Source of the DNA: an uncultured delta proteobacterium
GTDB lineage: Bacteria > Desulfobacterota > Desulfobacteria > Desulfobacterales > UBA2156
Direction of reading: 5' to 3'
Length of the DNA: 64,000 nucleotides
Assembly: GCA_963736855.1 (NCBI GenBank)
Contig: CAVTQK010000008.1
Location: forward strand, 1 to 64,000
This document shows positions 59,513 through 64,000 of this stretch, one piece after another. The notes beneath the pieces are model-generated. The model searched no databases, was not told the origin of the DNA, and saw nothing but the letters and a program-made list of their open reading frames with translations. How positions within the stretch are numbered: the first letter of the stretch is position 1; every line of letters begins with the position of its first letter. The translations under genes were made by a program, and so were the position numbers.

Positions 59513-59696
59513 GCTTTGGCCCTGGATAAAGTTTTATTAGTTAACAATTACCTTATCCTAAGTCAACTTGAAATTATTGACAAGATGCAAAAGACCTGCT
59601 AGTAATTTATAGGCTTCCATTAATGTACGTTGCTGAAAGGGCATCCAAATTCACCCCATCTTTTTGTTGAAAAAGTGTAAAGAAGGAGAACATATT

Positions 59697-59924
59697 ATGT
59701 CCGGTAAAGTCATTATTTTCGGAAAAGATACATGACCGTTCACCCAGGAAGCTCGTGAAGCTTATAGAATGCAAGGGAAAGAAGTGGATTACCTGCGGGT
59801 CCTGGCCGATCCCCAACAAATGGAAGCCATGTTGACCTACTCGGGCGGAACCCGACGAGTACCGGTCATCGTGGAGAACGAGAAAATCATCATCGGTTTT
59901 GAAGGAAAAACCTGAAAGGTGTGA
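59697..59924 (+). CDS. Glutaredoxin-like UXX-star selenoprotein with two in-frame UGA codons
   Basis: MSGKVIIFGKDT-U-PFT...RVPVIV..IGFEGKT-U-KV*; RBS aggag; hairpins after both UGAs. Confidence 0.8.
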
Positions 59925-59984
59925 CGGTTTCGGCCGGAGGCCGATATAACGATCAAACCCTGAGGGAGATGGATGAATGGCTAT

Positions 59985-60020
59985 CCCCTCACCTGCCCTC
60001 TTCCCGATGGGGAGAGGGTT
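59985..60020. repeat. REP-like hairpin
   Basis: ccctcacctgccctcttccc..gggagagggt. Confidence 0.5.
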
Positions 60021-60124
60021 TCTCTTTGCTCTTTTTAGAATTTTATGGAAGCAAGTGGGATGTAAAGGCTTGAACACGTCAAAATAAATTCAGGAATCCT
60101 TCGTGATGGAAAGGGGGCATCGGC

Positions 60125-60781
60125 ATGGCGGTAGAAAAGCAGTTTATTTTGGAGGGCTTGCGGCTCGGCGAATCGTGGCGCCTATTTAAGATCATCGGCG
60201 AATTTGTGGACGGTGTCGAAGCCTTGCATGACCTCGGGCCGGCCGTGTCTATTTTTGGATCCGCCCGAATAAAACCCAATAGCCCTCTCTACAAGAAGGC
60301 CGAGCAGATCGCAGAGCTTTTTGCGAAAAACCACTTTGCGATCCTCACCGGCGGCGGCGGCGGTGTGATGGAGGCGGCCAACAAGGGAGCGGCGAAGGCC
60401 GGAGGGCGGTCGGTGGGGCTGAATATCATTTTGCCCATGGAACAAAAGCCGAATCCATATTCCAATCTCAAACTGGAATTCAAATACTTTTTCGTCCGGA
60501 AGGTGATGTTCATAAAATACGCCAGCGCTTATATCATCATGCCCGGAGGCCTTGGAACCCTGGACGAGCTTTTTGAAGCGGCAACCTTGGTCCAGACCCA
60601 GCGCATCAAGCCCTTTCCAATCATTTTGGTGGGCTCGGATTACTGGAAAGGATTGAAAAACTGGATCCAATCCCATCTGCTGATAAATGGCATGATAGAA
60701 AAAGAGGATCTCGACATTTTTCTGATAATGGACGACCCGGAGGAAATCGTCAATACCGTTAAAAAGATCGTAATCCTGTAA
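60125..60781 (+). CDS. LOG family (TIGR00730-like) nucleotide phosphoribohydrolase
   Basis: FGSAR; TGGGGGVM; FFVRK; PGGLGTLDE. Confidence 0.92.
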   Translation: MAVEKQFILEGLRLGESWRLFKIIGEFVDGVEALHDLGPAVSIFGSARIKPNSPLYKKAEQIAELFAKNHFAILTGGGGGVMEAANKGAAKAGGRSVGLNIILPMEQKPNPYSNLKLEFKYFFVRKVMFIKYASAYIIMPGGLGTLDELFEAATLVQTQRIKPFPIILVGSDYWKGLKNWIQSHLLINGMIEKEDLDIFLIMDDPEEIVNTVKKIVIL

Positions 60782-61103
60782 GGGAATTGCCGGAGTTCCG
60801 TTTCTGTGTTTTTATCCGCGGTTTTGGCCTTTTCATGCCCTGCAAAAAGCGTTTGACACAAGCTATATGTTAGCCATATGAATCATAAAACAACTGACTG
60901 ATCAGTTTTACCGAACAAGATGCGGACATATGCTTTTATGAGCCTTATTTCTTGAAAAAATATCCGGATGCAATCGGCCGCTTTGTTGATTGTATTGACG
61001 ATGATCCCTTTCCGATATTAATATGACAATAGGTTTCCGACCTCTCGTCCGCCCCACTGAATCACGTGCGCCGGCAAGGCAAACTACAAGGGAGGAGGTT
61101 TTT

Positions 61104-61925
61104 TTGGCAGAATCAGCGGAACCCGACCATAATGAAGTCCTCTTGGAACTCCAGGGCCTCCGTATGTCTTTTGGAAAAGTCCATGCGCTGGAAGGTGTCA
61201 GTCTCAAAGTCAGGAGAGGAGAAATTCATTCCGTCATCGGGCCCAACGGCGCCGGAAAGACTGTGATGATGAACTGCATCAACGGTCTTTATCATCCCCA
61301 GGAAGGGAATATCCTCTTCAAGGGACAGAGCATCAACCGTCGCAGGCCATACCAAAGATCCCAGATGGGCATGGCCAGGACATTTCAGAAAGTAGAAGTC
61401 TTCGGCGGAATGACCGTCCTCGACAATATTCGACTGGGACGGCACAATCATTACCGCTCCGGTATCTTCAGCGGCTCCGTTTACATTGGAAAGACTGCCA
61501 AAGAGGAAAATCAGCACCGGGCCTTCATCGAGGAAGAAATCGTCGACTTTTTGGAAATACAACACATTCGCCACAAACCCGTGGGCATGCTCCCTTATGG
61601 TCTTCAGAAGCGAGTCGAACTCGGCCGGGCGTTGGCCCTGGGACCCGACCTTTTGATCCTTGACGAACCCTTGGCCGGCCTGAACCTGGAAGAAGTGGAG
61701 GATATGGCCCGATTCATCCTAGACATCAACGAAGAAAAACGGTGGAAAGTCACCTGCCTGCTCGTAGAGCACGACATGGGCGTCGTCATGGATCTTTCGG
61801 ACCGTGTATTCGTACTCAATTTCGGCAGAATGATCATGGACGGAACGCCTGCGGAGGTGCAGAACAATCCCGAGGTTATCAAGGCGTATCTTGGCGAAGA
61901 GGACCTGTATGCAACAAGACGGTAG
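61104..61925 (+). CDS. LivG-like ABC transporter ATP-binding protein
   Basis: GPNGAGKT; LPYGLQKR; LDEP; EHDM; KAYLG. Confidence 0.92.
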   Translation: MAESAEPDHNEVLLELQGLRMSFGKVHALEGVSLKVRRGEIHSVIGPNGAGKTVMMNCINGLYHPQEGNILFKGQSINRRRPYQRSQMGMARTFQKVEVFGGMTVLDNIRLGRHNHYRSGIFSGSVYIGKTAKEENQHRAFIEEEIVDFLEIQHIRHKPVGMLPYGLQKRVELGRALALGPDLLILDEPLAGLNLEEVEDMARFILDINEEKRWKVTCLLVEHDMGVVMDLSDRVFVLNFGRMIMDGTPAEVQNNPEVIKAYLGEEDLYATRR

Positions 61926-63858
61926 CATCGGCGTCTCATCCGAAAAAGGTATCAATATCACCCCGGACCTGACCATCCCGAAGCTTTTTGTCAAGCAGGC
62001 CCAAAAATACGGCGTAGATCGGGTCGCCATGCGGGAAAAGGAGTTCGGCATCTGGCGTCCCATCACATGGCAACAATATCTGGATAATGTGAAACACCTG
62101 GCCTTGGGTCTGATCTCCCTGGGTCTTGAGGAGGGCGACAAGGTGTCCATGATCGGGGATAACCGTCCCCAGGGTCTCTGGGCCGAGATGGCCACCCTGT
62201 GCGCCAGAGGTATCGGCGTGTGGCTTTTCCAGGACTGTCTCATCGATGAGGTGAAATACATCATCGACCACTCGGATACCAAGTTCATCTTCGGGGAAGG
62301 ACAGGAGGAGGTTGACAAGGCCCTGTCGATCTATGACGAGTGTCCGAAGCTGAAAAAAATCATCTGGGACGATCCTAAAGGGATGCGCCACTATGATCAG
62401 GATTGTCTGATCAGCCTGAAAGAGGTCCAGGAACTCGGGGAAAAAACAGAAAAGGAAAAACCCCATCTCTTCGATGAATTGATCCAAAAGGGCCACGGTG
62501 AAGAAGTCGCTCTCCTCTTCTACACCTCCGGCACCACGGCTCTCCCAAAAGGAGCCCTCCTGTCCCACAACAATATGCTGACCATGGGAAAACATCTCAT
62601 GGAGGTTGATCCCTGCCGGAACACGGACGATTATGCTTCCTATCTTCCCTTCGCCTGGATCGGGGAACAGATGATGTCCATCTCCTGCGGGCTTCAGATC
62701 GGTTACACCATCAATTTTCCGGAAGCGCCGGAAACCGCTCAGGAGAACATCCGCGAAATCGGTCCCCACGTCATGTTTGCACCCCCGCGAATGTATGAGC
62801 AGATGACCCGAAGCGTCCAGGTCAAATATCTCGACGCAACTTGGATCAAACGCAAGTTCTATGGGCTGTCCACCAAGATCGGATATCATACGGCAGACAT
62901 GAAGTTTTCAAAAAGGCCGATCCCCTGGTACTGGAAATTTCTTGAATTATTGGCGCACTGGACCGTTCAAAAAAAGCTCAAGGACCATCTGGGTCTTTCC
63001 AGGGTGCGCAATGCCTATACCGGCGGTGCGGCCATGGGACCGGACCATTTCCGTTTCTTCCACGCCCTCGGGGTGAACTTGAAACAGATTTACGGGCAGA
63101 CGGAGGTGGCCGGCATATCGGTGGTACACCGAAGCGGCGACATTAAATTTGATACTGTGGGACACCCCATTCCAGGAACCGAAATCAACATTACTGAAGA
63201 AGGAGAGATCATCACACGGAGCCCGTCCGTCTTCCTGGGATACTACAAAAATCCGGAGGCTACGGAAAATACCTTGAGAAACGGCTGGCTTTACTCCGGA
63301 GACAAGGGATTTATCGACGATGACGGCCACCTGGTGGTCTTCGACCGGACCAAGGACGTCTTCACCCTTAAAGACGGCAGGCCCTTTGCACCCCAGTACC
63401 TGGAAACCCGCTTGAAATTCAGCCCTTATATCAAGGATTCTTGGGTTATCGGAGACAAGCGGGACTTCATCAGCGCTGTCATGTGCATCGACTACACCGT
63501 GGTAGGAAAATGGGCCGATGAAAAGAAGCTTAACTACACCAGCTACCAGGAACTTTCCCAGATGCCGGAGGTCTATAACCTGGTGGAACAACAGATCCGT
63601 CAGGCCAACAAGGACCTTCCGGCAGTGGCCAAAGTGCACCGTTTCACGAACCTGTACAAGGAACTCGACCCTGATGATGACGAACTCACCCGTACTCGAA
63701 AACTCAGGCGGGCCTTCGTGGAAAAACGTTACCAGGAAATTATTGATGCCATCTATTCGAACAGGGACGCTATCCACATCGATACCATCATCAAGTACGA
63801 GGACGGACGGCAAGCGCATATTAAAACGGACATGAGGATTGTGACCCTCAAGGATTAG
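61909..63858 (+). CDS. Long-chain acyl-CoA synthetase
   Basis: YTSGTTALPKG; YGQTE; GD; ELTRTRK. Confidence 0.9.
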   Translation: MQQDGSIGVSSEKGINITPDLTIPKLFVKQAQKYGVDRVAMREKEFGIWRPITWQQYLDNVKHLALGLISLGLEEGDKVSMIGDNRPQGLWAEMATLCARGIGVWLFQDCLIDEVKYIIDHSDTKFIFGEGQEEVDKALSIYDECPKLKKIIWDDPKGMRHYDQDCLISLKEVQELGEKTEKEKPHLFDELIQKGHGEEVALLFYTSGTTALPKGALLSHNNMLTMGKHLMEVDPCRNTDDYASYLPFAWIGEQMMSISCGLQIGYTINFPEAPETAQENIREIGPHVMFAPPRMYEQMTRSVQVKYLDATWIKRKFYGLSTKIGYHTADMKFSKRPIPWYWKFLELLAHWTVQKKLKDHLGLSRVRNAYTGGAAMGPDHFRFFHALGVNLKQIYGQTEVAGISVVHRSGDIKFDTVGHPIPGTEINITEEGEIITRSPSVFLGYYKNPEATENTLRNGWLYSGDKGFIDDDGHLVVFDRTKDVFTLKDGRPFAPQYLETRLKFSPYIKDSWVIGDKRDFISAVMCIDYTVVGKWADEKKLNYTSYQELSQMPEVYNLVEQQIRQANKDLPAVAKVHRFTNLYKELDPDDDELTRTRKLRRAFVEKRYQEIIDAIYSNRDAIHIDTIIKYEDGRQAHIKTDMRIVTLKD

Positions 63859-63913
63859 GCGGGGCGGGGCTAATGTGCCCTTCCGAACCGGAAGTTACAA
63901 AAGGAGGACGTTC

Positions 63914-64000
63914 ATGGAGTTGTTGCTGATGGCGCTGACGACGGGGATCATGGTGGGCGGGATTTACGCCCTCGTGGCGCTGGGATGGGTGCTCATTTAT
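63914..64000 (+). CDS. LivH-like ABC permease, 5' end only
   Basis: GIMVGGIYALVALG; RBS aggagg. Confidence 0.8.
   Translation, partial: MELLLMALTTGIMVGGIYALVALGWVLIY

Noticed and set aside
59607..60077. 156-aa minus-strand ORF
   Set aside because: Overlaps the better supported plus-strand selenoprotein and a REP-like hairpin.
1..64000. CRISPR array, tRNA or rRNA genes
   Set aside because: No regularly spaced repeats seen; the tRNA-like segments belong to tmRNA and its att duplicate.

Overview
Bacterial DNA, most consistent with a Desulfobacterota (deltaproteobacterial) anaerobe; this is inferred from gene content, the tmRNA tag ADDYNYALAA and UGA-selenocysteine ORFs. About 56 kb is a mosaic accessory region ending at the 3' end of ssrA (tmRNA). 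It is followed by core genes: smpB, ptsI, ptsH, a LOG-family gene, and an ABC transporter/acyl-CoA ligase operon. The top observation is a compact operon at 4937-10678 that looks like a complete bacterial ubiquitin-like conjugation pathway coupled to its own unfoldase. It encodes a tandem-ThiF (inactive plus active) E1, a small protein ending in GG-RSGSR (candidate pro-Ubl), a protein with an E2-like HPx..IC motif, an unknown protein, a ClpX-like AAA+ ATPase lacking the zinc finger with a degenerate ClpP-docking loop, and a JAMM/JAB protease. The second highlight (12239-19720) is a signal-peptide-bearing dikinase with glucan-water-dikinase domain order, clustered with an NTT/TLC-type nucleotide transporter and two cell-envelope enzymes. 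Also present: two selenoprotein ORFs missed or truncated by the ORF track, a decayed ~9.7 kb island integrated at the tmRNA 3' end, REC-fused NuoE and Lon proteins, a GntR-trpBA module and many IS/MITE relics. All calls come from reading motifs by eye; no searches were run.
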